The position numbers were made by a program, and so were the translations under genes. A DNA stretch of 62,777 bases, the filler included, from Collodictyon triciliatum (lineage: Eukaryota), in NCBI GenBank assembly GCA_043381765.1. It is 25 parts of 25 records of this genome, joined end to end, with 100 filler letters (N's around TTAATTAATTAA, not from the genome) between each part and the next. Parts side by side here need not be neighbours in the genome. Positions count along the whole stretch, not along the records: positions 22,676 to 25,091 come from JBHJMP010008931.1; positions 25,192 to 27,607 come from JBHJMP010008932.1; positions 27,708 to 30,122 come from JBHJMP010008933.1; positions 30,223 to 32,637 come from JBHJMP010008934.1; positions 32,738 to 35,151 come from JBHJMP010008935.1; 20 more parts are not named here. The stretch is one strand, 5' to 3'. Below are positions 23,519 through 35,151 of this stretch, in pieces; position 1 is the first letter of the stretch, and each line of letters starts with the position of its first letter. The notes under the pieces were generated by a model that did not search any database, was not told where the DNA came from, and saw only the letters and a program-made list of their open reading frames with translations.

Positions 23519-25091
23519 TTATGGGCTTTCCTCCTTTGTGTAGTTCTGAGGGAACAAGCCGCGCTGGCCTTTGCACTCGCCGAGCCACCAGCCGCTGTCG
23601 TCTACCTCAAAGACATTGATTTTGTCTCCTTCTTCGAAGCCAATTTCTCCCTCCTCCTCGGGGATGTAGCTGAATATAGCTGTGAGGACTCTATTGTGGT
23701 ATTTCTCATTAGCAGATGCCGTGTCTCGGATGCAAAAATAATAAACAAGGGCTGTGTGCGAAGGATTACGAACGAAGAGAAAAGGAAATGGAACGCCGGA
23801 AATGATGAGAAAGTTGAAATCGAGAGTCACTTGATAACAGGCAAGTCCTCTTCCGCGACTTCTGCGAGACTTCTTGATTCGCATGGTTCATCAGGAAAAG
23901 CCTATATACGTTTTAAAGAAAAAAGTTAAAACGCAATTAAAGCATGAACGAAGGAGACATCGCTAAAAATCAAGTATGAATGTTGGAGTGAGACTTGGGA
24001 GCCTAGAGTATTTTTGTATGACTATCATTGGTTTACAAGCGAGAAGACGAAGCTAAAAAATCCATGGTCCAAATAATATCGGTTGATTGCTCATTATATG
24101 GTATACCTCGCTTGGATACTCGGAAATGGCACCATCGGAAATAATTCGAGCTCTGTTTGCTTCAGAGCTATCCTCGTGAGGATTGCCCAATTCATCAAAT
24201 GAAATTGGTTTTGACAGACTCATGGTCATGCGCTGTGCCTGCTTTATGAGTGACTGGTACCTAATTAATATTGAAAATAGAATCAAAATTGATATCATTT
24301 TACTGCGCTCTTTCCTGAGTATTTATTTGGATTATTTTAAATTGATATGTCAATCATATATTATGAAAATTGCAGTGTGCTGTGTCAATAGATTTTCTTC
24401 TTACTTTTCAACTTCCAGTTGCTCTGGTATGAACAAACTTATCGAACCAAGCATCGAGAAGCATTCACCACTGTATTTCTGTGATAAAAGTATATTTATA
24501 TTTGCACAAGGAGGTTCCCATACACCATTCAAAAAAAAATCACAGGACAGAAAAATAAGCTAAAAAATATCCATGTATGCGTATAAACTAGGCTAACCTT
24601 TCTAGATTCAATCAAACTATTAAATATCTGTAGGATTTCAATCAATCTTCTATCATATATAGTTGCAACCATCTCGGTAAACTCTTTGACAATATTGTTT
24701 TTCTTCTTTGTCACCTCGTCCAGCTCCTTTTCAGCCTGTTAGAGGTTGACGAGACGGGGAAAATAGTAATAAAAACAGTTTGAAGTATCTATTAGTCGCT
24801 GAATTTATCCAGATTGAAAGAATGAAGGCATTATATTATGTAGAACTACTTAAACAAAACAATTAAAATTTATTTTATATCAGAGCATGGCCAACTATTC
24901 ATTGTGATATATAATACATAATTAAACTGTCAATAGTACCTGTATTGTTTTGGGTCCAGGCCTTTGGCGCAAATCTCTCACCTGTAACAAATATATATAT
25001 ATATATATACATTTTATTGACCGGTGATTAAGAACATTTCCGTCGTGATGAAAAGAAAAAACCTTGGCCTGATGAGACTCAACCTCTAAGG
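23519..25091 (-). CDS. C-terminal SH3-domain protein with an upstream helical (probable BAR) region; 5' truncated
   Basis: AIFSYIPEEEGEIGFEEGDKINVFEVDDSGWWLGECKGQRGLFPQNY; upstream exons AEKELDEVTKKKNNIVKEF look coiled-coil. The BAR call is inference. Confidence 0.8.
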
Positions 25092-25230
25092 NNNNNNNNN
25101 NNNNNNNNNNNNNNNNNNNNNNNNNNNNNNNNNNNTTAATTAATTAANNNNNNNNNNNNNNNNNNNNNNNNNNNNNNNNNNNNNNNNNNNNAAGATTGTT
25201 TGGTAGAAAATGAAAAAAAAAAAGCCGTAA

Positions 25231-27264
25231 TCAGGGGTGCAGATTTGAGTCGATGTAACTCTGGACAGAGCACATTCGGAACTTTCTTGACACAAACTGC
25301 GACCGCATAGGATTTTTCCAAAAGCCATATAGAAACCGCGTCATGAAAAGACACCATGAAAACATACTCCCTGAAAACGTCGACCTCACATCAAGGATAT
25401 CGACATCTCCCCATTTAATGGTTATATCCTCTTCAAAAGCAGGCCCGTGTCCAAGCTTACAAAGAAAAGCCGTTGCAATACTGAAAATAATAGCAAATAT
25501 CGAGAAGTAAGTCATTTTCCGAAGCTTTGGTGAGAACGAGTCTATAAACATGTACCATTGAGCCACAACAAAATGCCACATCCAAACAACGAGTCGCCAA
25601 TCGAAGCTCATCAATATTCCCCCACTGAAGCACACTTGAGCTGAGAGCCATGTGACATACCAGTAATCAAAAGACATCAGCATTCTCTTGACCATCAGTA
25701 CGTTGGATGTGAGAGTGATTTGAGTAATAAGGTTTATCATCGACAATGTCATCCAAATGACACACATCGTTTGATTGATGGGATTAATTCTGTGTCCGAT
25801 AATAATTATCGTCAAATACATAATTGACGAAGTCATATTGATGAGAATACCACTATATGAGTACACTTTTGAACTTATGATTTTTTGGATGGATGGGAAT
25901 CGGTCTTGGAGGTAAATGTGGTATATTGTGTGGTGCCTATTCAATATTATTGTGTGTTCTTTGTATATTCCGAAAATCATGTAATCCTGAGGGTTTTGCA
26001 TAACGTGTGGTGGTATGGTCAGGTCACAGGTGTCTATGCTTCCAACAATATTGTCTTGGTTCCCTGGCTCTACTGGGAGAAAGTCTCTCACGTCACCACT
26101 CTTTTCTTCATGTCGCTCACGAGGTAATGGTATCACTTTTCGGGTTGGTTGGCTGGAGCTTTGTGATGATGGAGCTTCGAGTTTGAATGGTCGAGAGAAA
26201 AAGGGCTCAATTTGATTCATAGGACGCTCCTTGGCCAAGAATATAGTATAGTGGTCTTCTAGTAGTGTCATTGATGAGCGGTCTCGCATCAACTTGAAAA
26301 CAAGAACTCGGATTGTGTAAACTATTATCACACTCATGCTATCCACTGCTTGTGACTTGAAGTTTATCAGCTGGATACCAGAGTACACCAGCGATTTATC
26401 TTCCAAGTCTATGAATAGATACGATAGCTTGATAATCAATATTATCACAAGTGACCCGAGAATACTAAAGATGCATGTCATTATCAGGAAAGTGGGTTTT
26501 TTGAATACAAATGAATCAATGAGTAGTAAATATAAGCAGCTAGAAAAGTAGTGCACACATCCCATGGAAACTGCAATGTCTCCTTCCCAGATGTATATAA
26601 TGTAGATGTTGGATACGACCATATGGAATAGTAAATACCAGAAGTTGAATGACACCAGGGCATATTTGAGAGTATGCATATTAACAAATGCAAAGTGACA
26701 GGAAAGAAAGTATACCGTGAATACCATTTGCAATGGAATGTAAACGCTGATTGGTAAATGGCTCATTTTGCAAAGAAACAGAAACCCCATCACAGTTATT
26801 GTAATCCAAACGATGTGATTTATGATAACAGTAATTTTATTATTCCAAACCCATTTGTACATAAATTGCATGATACTAGGATTCAGGAATCTTGAGTAGA
26901 TTGTATATCTCTTTTTGATGAGTTGACAGTTGAGACCCAGCACAAGCTTTATGTTTTCCCTACGTCTGGCTGAAATGGTTCCTGCAGGTATCTCATCACT
27001 GATTTCCTGCTGTTCTTGTACCTTTGTTGTTGAAGAGTGACCGGTTTGTGGTCTTTTGTATTCAGCATTTTCTTGGGGTATATCCTGTCGATTCTCACTC
27101 TCCTTTTCAGTGGGAACGCGGTGTTCGTCATAATCCTCTTCTTCTTCTGCAATATCTGGTTTTTCTTTCAGTGTGTTCGTTACTCTATTTCTGTCTCTGT
27201 CTTGAAGGATATCCATATCTTCGATCTGAAGCTGGAACAGGCTAGTATTTGTCACCCCAATCAT
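25231..27264 (-). CDS. Multi-pass membrane protein with two internally homologous TM blocks; large terminal exon
   Basis: 677-aa ORF preceded by an acceptor (GCAG). Duplicated motif KYALVSFNFWY...LLIDSF / KRMLMSFDYWY...MFIDSF. Confidence 0.8.
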   Translation of the reverse strand: MIGVTNTSLFQLQIEDMDILQDRDRNRVTNTLKEKPDIAEEEEDYDEHRVPTEKESENRQDIPQENAEYKRPQTGHSSTTKVQEQQEISDEIPAGTISARRRENIKLVLGLNCQLIKKRYTIYSRFLNPSIMQFMYKWVWNNKITVIINHIVWITITVMGFLFLCKMSHLPISVYIPLQMVFTVYFLSCHFAFVNMHTLKYALVSFNFWYLLFHMVVSNIYIIYIWEGDIAVSMGCVHYFSSCLYLLLIDSFVFKKPTFLIMTCIFSILGSLVIILIIKLSYLFIDLEDKSLVYSGIQLINFKSQAVDSMSVIIVYTIRVLVFKLMRDRSSMTLLEDHYTIFLAKERPMNQIEPFFSRPFKLEAPSSQSSSQPTRKVIPLPRERHEEKSGDVRDFLPVEPGNQDNIVGSIDTCDLTIPPHVMQNPQDYMIFGIYKEHTIILNRHHTIYHIYLQDRFPSIQKIISSKVYSYSGILINMTSSIMYLTIIIIGHRINPINQTMCVIWMTLSMINLITQITLTSNVLMVKRMLMSFDYWYVTWLSAQVCFSGGILMSFDWRLVVWMWHFVVAQWYMFIDSFSPKLRKMTYFSIFAIIFSIATAFLCKLGHGPAFEEDITIKWGDVDILDVRSTFSGSMFSWCLFMTRFLYGFWKNPMRSQFVSRKFRMCSVQSYIDSNLHP

Positions 27265-27707
27265 CTGCGACTTAAAAAAGAAAACGTATTTGTTTTGAGT
27301 ATCAAAGAATATTGGAGAGGGTTATGGTCTTTATTTTCTCAGTCATTTATTCACTATTATTCTCAGTTCCTGAATCTCTGTTTTAATTGCGCTGGTTTTT
27401 ATGCCGTTTTCTTTATTTCTCTCTTTTTTTTTCTCTCTTTTTTTTTCTCTCTTTTTTTTCTCTCTTTTTTTTCTCTCTTTTTTTTCTCTCTTTTTTTTCT
27501 CTCTTTTTTTTTCTCTCTTTTTTTTCTCTCTTTTTTTTCTCTCTTTTTTTTCTCTCTTTTTTTTCTCTCTTTTTTTTCTCTCTTTTTTTTCTCTCTTTTT
27601 TTTCTCTNNNNNNNNNNNNNNNNNNNNNNNNNNNNNNNNNNNNNNNNNNNNTTAATTAATTAANNNNNNNNNNNNNNNNNNNNNNNNNNNNNNNNNNNNN
27701 NNNNNNN

Positions 27708-27800
<93 letters not shown>

Positions 27801-27822
27801 TTCTTTCTATGTGTCCCAAAAG

Positions 27823-29125
27823 TTGGGCTGGAATTCACAACCTACACGAGCTGTCATTTTTGAAAATTGCAAAGGTTGAACAAATTGATTTGGTGCATGA
27901 GCATTTCGACTGTGTTTCTTTTGTGCATGATCTCCAATACCATCTGCAATGGACCATTAATACGAGCGATTGTACACACAGTTCCCGTATCAAACTTGAT
28001 TGGACAAGAAGGGCAAGGATTCTCCATCGCCATGAAAGGACTTGATGGAGGCCGCATCAACATAGGTTTGCATGATTTAGCCAGCACCGTCAGCAGATGG
28101 TTCCAACACTGATGTAACTCTGCAGCTCTGTCACTGAATGTATGGAATGGAAAATCCAGGCACTTGTAGCGTCGGCGGGGCCATGGCCTGTTTGGAACAC
28201 GCTCGCAACCATTCGGCCATCCGCAAGCAGTTCGGCCAGCCTCTTGCCAGTTTCCAAGTATGCACTTTTGGTTTTATTTTACGGCAATCATAAATTTGTG
28301 CGAGACGAGTTGAATCTTTCAATTGAAGATGTGATGTCATTCTATACATATTTCTAATAATTTAATAAAAAAAAAAACGTATAAAAATAATTACAAAACA
28401 ATAATGTGTCGCAGAATGTGCAATTTAACCTGGCTGAAATGGCCATCAATCTTGAAGCATCGCGCCTATTGATTCGAAGGTGTCTTGTTTGATTAGAATG
28501 CCCACATCATTCCGTGTATGTTATCACAAAGTTACCGCTGTCTTTCTTACATTCGTACTCTTTTTCTTTTTTCTTTTTTCTTTTTTCTTTCTTCTTTCTT
28601 CTTTTAACAGGGCGGCAGAGCTTCTCGACAAGAACGACCCGGCAGCCACACACTTTGCAGCGATGGCAAAGAAGTTTGCAACCGAAAACTGCTTCGACGT
28701 ATGGTTCATGCTGTGTTCCTTTTGTCGGGATTTTGCTTCCTTCTCCAATCCTCGAATCTTTGTCAAAGACAAGCCTTGGCTCCTTCATCTTCGCGAACCT
28801 GCAACTTACCGATTGATGCTCACCCGCTTCAAATACATACTTCCAAAAAAAAAAAAAAACTCATAGATTTGCAACTCGGCACTTCAGATTTTCGGCGGAT
28901 ACGGCTACCTGAAGGTTTCTGCAACACAAACACTACCACATAATGATAATCGCATGAATGTAGTCACTCACATACATGAAAGCAAGCGCTAAATGCAATC
29001 CCATATGGATTCTGCAGGACTACCCCATCGAGCGCTACGTCCGCGACCTCCGTGTGCATCAAATCCTTGAGGGCACAAACGAAGTGATGAAGATAATCAT
29101 TTCACGCAACCTTCTCAAGGACTAG
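27823..29125 (+). CDS. ACAD8: Isobutyryl-CoA dehydrogenase (acyl-CoA dehydrogenase 8), 3' half
   Basis: [100 protein letters not shown]. Confidence 0.93.
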
Positions 29126-29449
29126 ATGCGCAGCGCCATAAACCATACGCAACAGAACTAGACCCGCCTCCTCTTTGCATCGGCCCCCCAGCGTGCCTGG
29201 TCATCTCCCGGCGAGGACGGAACTCGCGATTTATGACTTTTATGACTCATGAATGATGATTTAATATGTGTACCCGCCCTTTGTCTACAGAGATTCGTTG
29301 CCAACAAACGCATGGTGGAAAGGCCATTGCTGCAAGCAGAGGGGCTGCAGAATGCTGACGAGCCAACCACCGCAGCGCCCTGGCACAAGAAGGAAGAGCA
29401 GCAGCTCCCCTTTGAGACGTGCCTGTCAACATCGCAGCTGCTGCAGTGC

Positions 29450-29999
29450 TCACCACAGCTTCTTGTCTCGGGCCAGCTGCCGCTCAATCATCGGGTCGCC
29501 TTTCATGCGGGGCTCCAGGAGCGAGTAGTTGACATCGTACGACTGGCGAGATGCAGGCCCAAAGCGGGAGAGAGAGAGAAAGGAAGAGACGGATGGTGCG
29601 CATGTGGGATGGGACCGAGTTAGTGCGTGTTTTGCTTGGTGCGTTGCGGATTGAGTTCAACTAGCGTGTAATTGTTGGGCTTTTCTTTTTTTTTTTTTTA
29701 TCGTCATTATCGGCTTCATTACCACGTCAAGGCTGCGAGTCATGGTCCGGGTGGAGAAGGAGGACGCTTGGTCCCGGGCAACCTGCTTGGTCATGTCCAC
29801 GGTCGGGGTTCTGTTGTGTATTTATATGCGTGTGTGTGAAAGAGGGAGGAGAATGGGAGCAAGGGTGAAAGTGATTAATTGATGCACGTTGGTGGCCATT
29901 GGCCGGACCAGTAAGTTTGTGGATGTGCGAAAAGGCTCTCACCTGCGGAGGTTCTTTGTGTCATAGACGAGGTCATTTGAGTGGCGTATGGTCATATCT
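29450..29999 (-). CDS. 3' exons of a hypothetical protein with repeated (M/I)x(K/R)Qx-ARD motifs, convergent with ACAD8
   Basis: Three GT-AG bounded exons give ...LVYDTKNLRRTPTVDMTKQVARDQ...SYDVNYSLLEPRMKGDPMIERQLARDKKLW*. Confidence 0.5.
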
Positions 30000-30222
30000 C
30001 TGCAAGTGACCGTAGATTGATTGATTTATGTATGTATGTATGTATGTATGTATGTATGTATGTATGTATGTATGTATGTATGTATGTATGTATGTATGTA
30101 TGTATGTATGTATGTATGTATGNNNNNNNNNNNNNNNNNNNNNNNNNNNNNNNNNNNNNNNNNNNNTTAATTAATTAANNNNNNNNNNNNNNNNNNNNNN
30201 NNNNNNNNNNNNNNNNNNNNNN

Positions 30223-30405
<183 letters not shown>

Positions 30406-30611
30406 AGAAAGAATGGCGAAATAAAATGCTTTTTAAAGAGAAAACGCTCAAAGTAAAGACAATAAAACTGCATGATGTGGGCACAAAGTGTTTGGGATCT
30501 GCTGAGAAAGTACCACACGAGCTGCTTTCAAGTCCATCTTTTGGCTTCCAAAGCGGACTTTGCAGAATGCATCGAAGCGTGGTGAGACTGTGAGTGTTTG
30601 CAGGTTTAGTT

Positions 30612-30767
30612 TCAGTGGGGGTTTGCTTTCATGGTTGCATTGTTGTGTGTGTCTTCAACAATGACTTTGCTGGTCGTTTCTGGGTCGGCCTGGACGATCA
30701 GCTGAAGGCAAAGCAAGGAAAAAATGGAAATCAGAGTGAACGAGACTAACCTCCTTGAAAACGGCAT
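30612..30767 (-). CDS. Possible first exon of a secreted protein (signal-peptide-like)
   Basis: MPFSRRLVSFTLISIFSLLCLQLIVQA-DPE; the downstream exon structure is unclear. Confidence 0.3.
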   Translation of the reverse strand: MPFSRRLVSFTLISIFSLLCLQLIVQADPETTSKVIVEDTHNNATMKANPH

Positions 30768-32539
30768 TCTTTCAGCACCAGGCGGAAAAGCATCTTGTCT
30801 AGTATGTTCTTTTGCTCGCAGTATGGCGGAGAAAAGGCTGTGTGGCAGCGTGTATGGTGGCTTGAAGGGAAATGGGGGTGTTGTTGTGGTTAGCTGTTGT
30901 TTTTGCTGCGGTATTTCAAGGAAGTTGCACGCAAAAGCGAAAAAAAAAAGCGAAAAAATGTCAAAAAATGAAAAGTGAAAAGTGAAAAGTGAAAAATGAA
31001 AAATGAAAAATGATAAAATGAAAAATGATAAAATGATAAAGTTATCAAATGATAAAGTGATCAAATGATAAAGTGATAAAGTGATAAAATGATAAAATGA
31101 CAAAATGATAAAATGGAAAAATGGAAATCGACGTTACTACATCTGTGATTGGTTCGGGGACATCAGAGCAGAAGAGAAAAAAAAAAGAAATTGATCAACC
31201 AAGCCAAGTTCGAAGGGACTAAATCCTGGGTGTGTAGCGAAATAATGGTCGGGCTGTAACATCACTCATATGAAATCCCTCTCTGATTATTCGGTCAATA
31301 GCAATTTTATCAAAAATTCTTTATCGGCGGATTTCGATTAGATTTTTTTTACATTTGGTGTTGCTTTCCACATGTTTTTGATGATTAAAAAGGCGAACAG
31401 CTCACACTAAAACATCCTTCTTTTTTTTTTTATTGTTTGTTTATTTTTATCCAGTTTTTGAGTCTGAATAAAGACAGAGCGTGTGCTTTCGGATTGTACG
31501 AGCAGAAACCGATTTGTTAATCTCATCGATTGTAAACCACGAGGATTAAAGTATGGTTAGCATCTTCGAGGAATTTTATACAACTTCAGCCTGAAATTCT
31601 GGCATCCGGAATGGTGTTTCCATTAGTTCCGGTTTTGGGTGGTTCATGACATCAACCCACCTTAGTTCCTTTGTCTTCACCCTTTGATAACTTTTGGTGT
31701 ACGTTTTTGCTTTCCAAGTTTTGCATGAGCTCAGAATTATTTGTATCTCTCATGCCTGCCGTCCTCTCTAACAAATGCATGCCTGGCAGTGTATTGGGAG
31801 TCCAAGACAACTCAAATTGAAGATGTCTCGCTTTTCTGTGCAAATGATATCACGCGTTATAAATTAAATACGGGTATGAAAAATGGCAGACGTAGGTTTT
31901 AATACGTAAAAGCTGTTTCTTCAAACTCAATAAGCTCTGCATAATTGCTATACTCATCGGCTGGTTCTCTATAAAAAGGAAGATAGATGATTCCTCGAGA
32001 GGTTCTTAAAATACTCGCTTCACCTGAATTGTTTCTGTTTCGCAAGTGTGAGAGTTGTCTCAGGGAGGTCATTCTAACTGGAAGAGTTCGTATCTGGATA
32101 TTCGTATTGAGTTCATAATTAGAAATCACGAAAAGAAAACATATCGGACATAGCATTAAATCAAACTGTGTTGTTAAGAATATCCAATCGAGAGTCCTGT
32201 CAATTTGGATATGCCAGATAGTAACGAAGAAATCAAAAGAAAATAAATTAAAATAAATTAAATCATTAATTTGTTCGTAGTATTTGAGCAGGTCACTTTT
32301 TGTAGGGAATGCTTGTTTCATGTAATAAAATTTTAACAATTAGAAAATGTAGATAAAGGGAAAAAAGAGAAAGGAGGAAATAGAAAAATCGAGGTAAAGT
32401 AAAAAGAATACTCTGCTTACCCTGTTATCGTATAAGTCAAGCAAGAACGACTTTGTCTGTATATCGCATTCTTAAGGGAATGAACGGACCATTCTGTATA
32501 TATTTCATTGCCTTTGTATTTAATTAGTTCTTTATAAGT

Positions 32540-32637
32540 ATCATTTTATCATTTTATCATTTTATCATTTTATCATTTTATCATTTTATCATTTTATCAT
32601 TTTATCATTTTATCATTTTATCATTTTATCATTTTAT
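32540..32637. repeat. (ATCATTTT)n octamer microsatellite
   Basis: Seen directly. Confidence 0.95.
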
Positions 32638-32746
32638 NNNNNNNNNNNNNNNNNNNNNNNNNNNNNNNNNNNNNNNNNNNNTTAATTAATTAANNNNNNN
32701 NNNNNNNNNNNNNNNNNNNNNNNNNNNNNNNNNNNNNTTTTTTTTT

Positions 32747-32779
<33 letters not shown>

Positions 32780-32786
32780 CTTTTTT

Positions 32787-32819
<33 letters not shown>

Positions 32820-32934
32820 CTTTTTTTTTTTTTTTGCGATGGTGGATTTTATTTTATTCTGTGGATAAAATTGACCTAGGTAATTGGCTAGTTTTTGCTA
32901 ATACTATCATATCATATCATGAATTATCATCTAG

Positions 32935-33552
32935 GAATTAAGTAGTTTGGACAAACAGATATCAACAGCTGACGTTGTTTTAAATCACCTCAGAAAAGAG
33001 AGGGTACGTTTAAATTCGACTCCCCCCTGCCAAAATGCAAATATAATATTGCATAGAGGAGGCTGTTATAATCATTTGTCTTTAAAAGTAAACAAAATTA
33101 GTGTGGCAAAAAAAAAAAAAGGATGATTTTTAAGGATACTGTATATGAAGTACATATATCCTATCTACTCTGTCATAATTCATAAAAATGTGCAATAAAA
33201 ATAGCTATTATATTACTGATGTATCGTTCATTATCAATAGACTGGGTTGGAAGACCTGGTTCGTCAGATTTCAGCCGAAATCGAAGTTATGAGAGTACAA
33301 GAACAGGAGCAAGAAAAGAAGGTTTTTGTTTCAATCTCTGTGCATGACTAAAACAGGCAAGTTTACAGGCTTTTTCAACTCAAATCCAACTGACTTAGCT
33401 TTTCTTTTTTTTTTCATTATGCCTAGCAACAAACTCTCACTAAGCAAAGAAAAGAGACAGAAACCAAAATCGAGCTAATTAAAGAAGCACTTCAGCCACT
33501 CGAGCAGCAGATGGAAAAGGCGCGAATCATTATCGAAAACATGCCTCGTTAA
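32935..33552 (+). CDS. 3' exons of a coiled-coil hypothetical protein
   Basis: Exons ELSSLDKQISTADVVLNHLRKER / TGLEDLVRQISAEIEVMRVQEQEQEKK / QQTLTKQRKETETKIELIKEALQPLEQQMEKARIIIENMPR*. Confidence 0.55.
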
Positions 33553-34406
33553 ATCTTCTTTCTTTTTTTTTTTTATTCTAGCGTGATATGCACTTTACTT
33601 CAAGTCTTCTCTGAAACATTTGTCCATAAATAAATAAATCAATTGGGTTTACAAATTACGAAACTATACTGCTCTCTTTCTTCCTAAAGATTTGTACCTT
33701 CTGGGACCAATCACTAGTTGTACCACCACATTTTTTTCTTTCATCGTAATGTTAACATTCGCGTTATGTTTTATTTCCGTTTGTTTATTTACTTATTCAG
33801 CCAATTACTGCTTTTTTCATCTTGACTTTTTTTATTCTTCCTTTGAATTTGTGCAATATGGTAGGTATTCCTGGTTTATTGCTACTTTTTACATACCTTT
33901 ATTCGATTCATTGTTCATCAGGGTCAAGCCGTGTAACTAGCAGGTAAAATGTGAATGGTGGGAAGCAGACTCAGCAAGGAAAGTGATATGTTCTTTCCAA
34001 TATAACCTCATCCTGTGGAATGAAATAGGATGTAAACCTTGTCTGAGATAGACAGTTGAAAGGACTCGTCGAAATCGATTTTGAGAAGTAACTTCCGTGT
34101 GTGTACTTTCATCGACCCGACAACTTTATCCGCTCTTCTGTCAGTCTCGAATACAACCAGAAATGTATATGAACACAAAACACCGGTTACATATCCTGCA
34201 ATCACTGGCGCACCAAAAAAAGACCGAAACCGTCGAAGATAAAGCCTCGCCCGAGGAAAAGAGAGTGAATCAGTCAAGTACACCACCGAATATAGCGAGC
34301 CAGAAAGCAAACCAGAATGAAAGCGGAAACATGGGTGGCCCTGCCTACCGCGTGGATGAGGGGGAAAAATTGGAATCATGATTGCTGATGACCAACAGAG
34401 TGCATC

Positions 34407-34756
34407 NNNNNNNNNNNNNNNNNNNNNNNNNNNNNNNNNNNNNNNNNNNNNNNNNNNNNNNNNNNNNNNNNNNNNNNNNNNNNNNNNNNNNNNNNNNNNN
34501 NNNNNNNNNNNNNNNNNNNNNNNNNNNNNNNNNNNNNNNNNNNNNNNNNNNNNNNNNNNNNNNNNNNNNNNNNNNNNNNNNNNNNNNNNNNNNNNNNNNN
34601 NNNNNNNNNNNNNNNNNNNNNNNNNNNNNNNNNNNNNNNNNNNNNNNNNNNNNNNNNNNNNNNNNNNNNNNNNNNNNNNNNNNNNNNNNNNNNNNNNNNN
34701 NNNNNNNNNNNNNNNNNNNNNNNNNNNNNNNNNNNNNNNNNNNNNNNNNNNNNNNN
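34407..34756. other. Internal scaffold gap (350 N, no linker)
   Basis: Seen directly; it lies immediately upstream of the retrotransposon endonuclease. Confidence 0.95.
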
Positions 34757-35151
34757 ATGGAAAGGTCCACAAATGTGGTCCTGTGACGATAACCAGCAGA
34801 GACATGCAGGTGTAGCGTTTTTATGCAAGAAATGGATAGCCAAACTCAATCCTCGCTTCAGAGAGATTATTCCTGGCCGCTGCATAAGTCTCGATATCCA
34901 AATAGATGGAGCTGACACTCGTATAATGACGACATACATGTCGCTCCAAACAGCAGGCTCAAATACTAGAATACACGAGTATGAGCTTATCTCTAAGGAG
35001 ATGGAGTCTGCGAAACGTATGATCATCTGCGGAGACTTCAACGCTCTTCTTGATGCCAGCACCGAGTGGTCTGGGTCTTCGACACGCAATGACAAACCTT
35101 TCGTCGACTGGACAATCAGGCACAAGCTGCAAGACCCTTGGAAGACGCTCA
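34757..35151 (+). mobile_element. Non-LTR retrotransposon (L1/Tx1-like) ORF2 APE-type endonuclease fragment
   Basis: Intronless WKGPQMWS...AGVAFL...PGRCISLDI...TTYM...IICGDFNALLD...LQDPWKTL, matching the EEP endonuclease motifs GVAxL, GR, GDFN and D.W. Confidence 0.85.
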
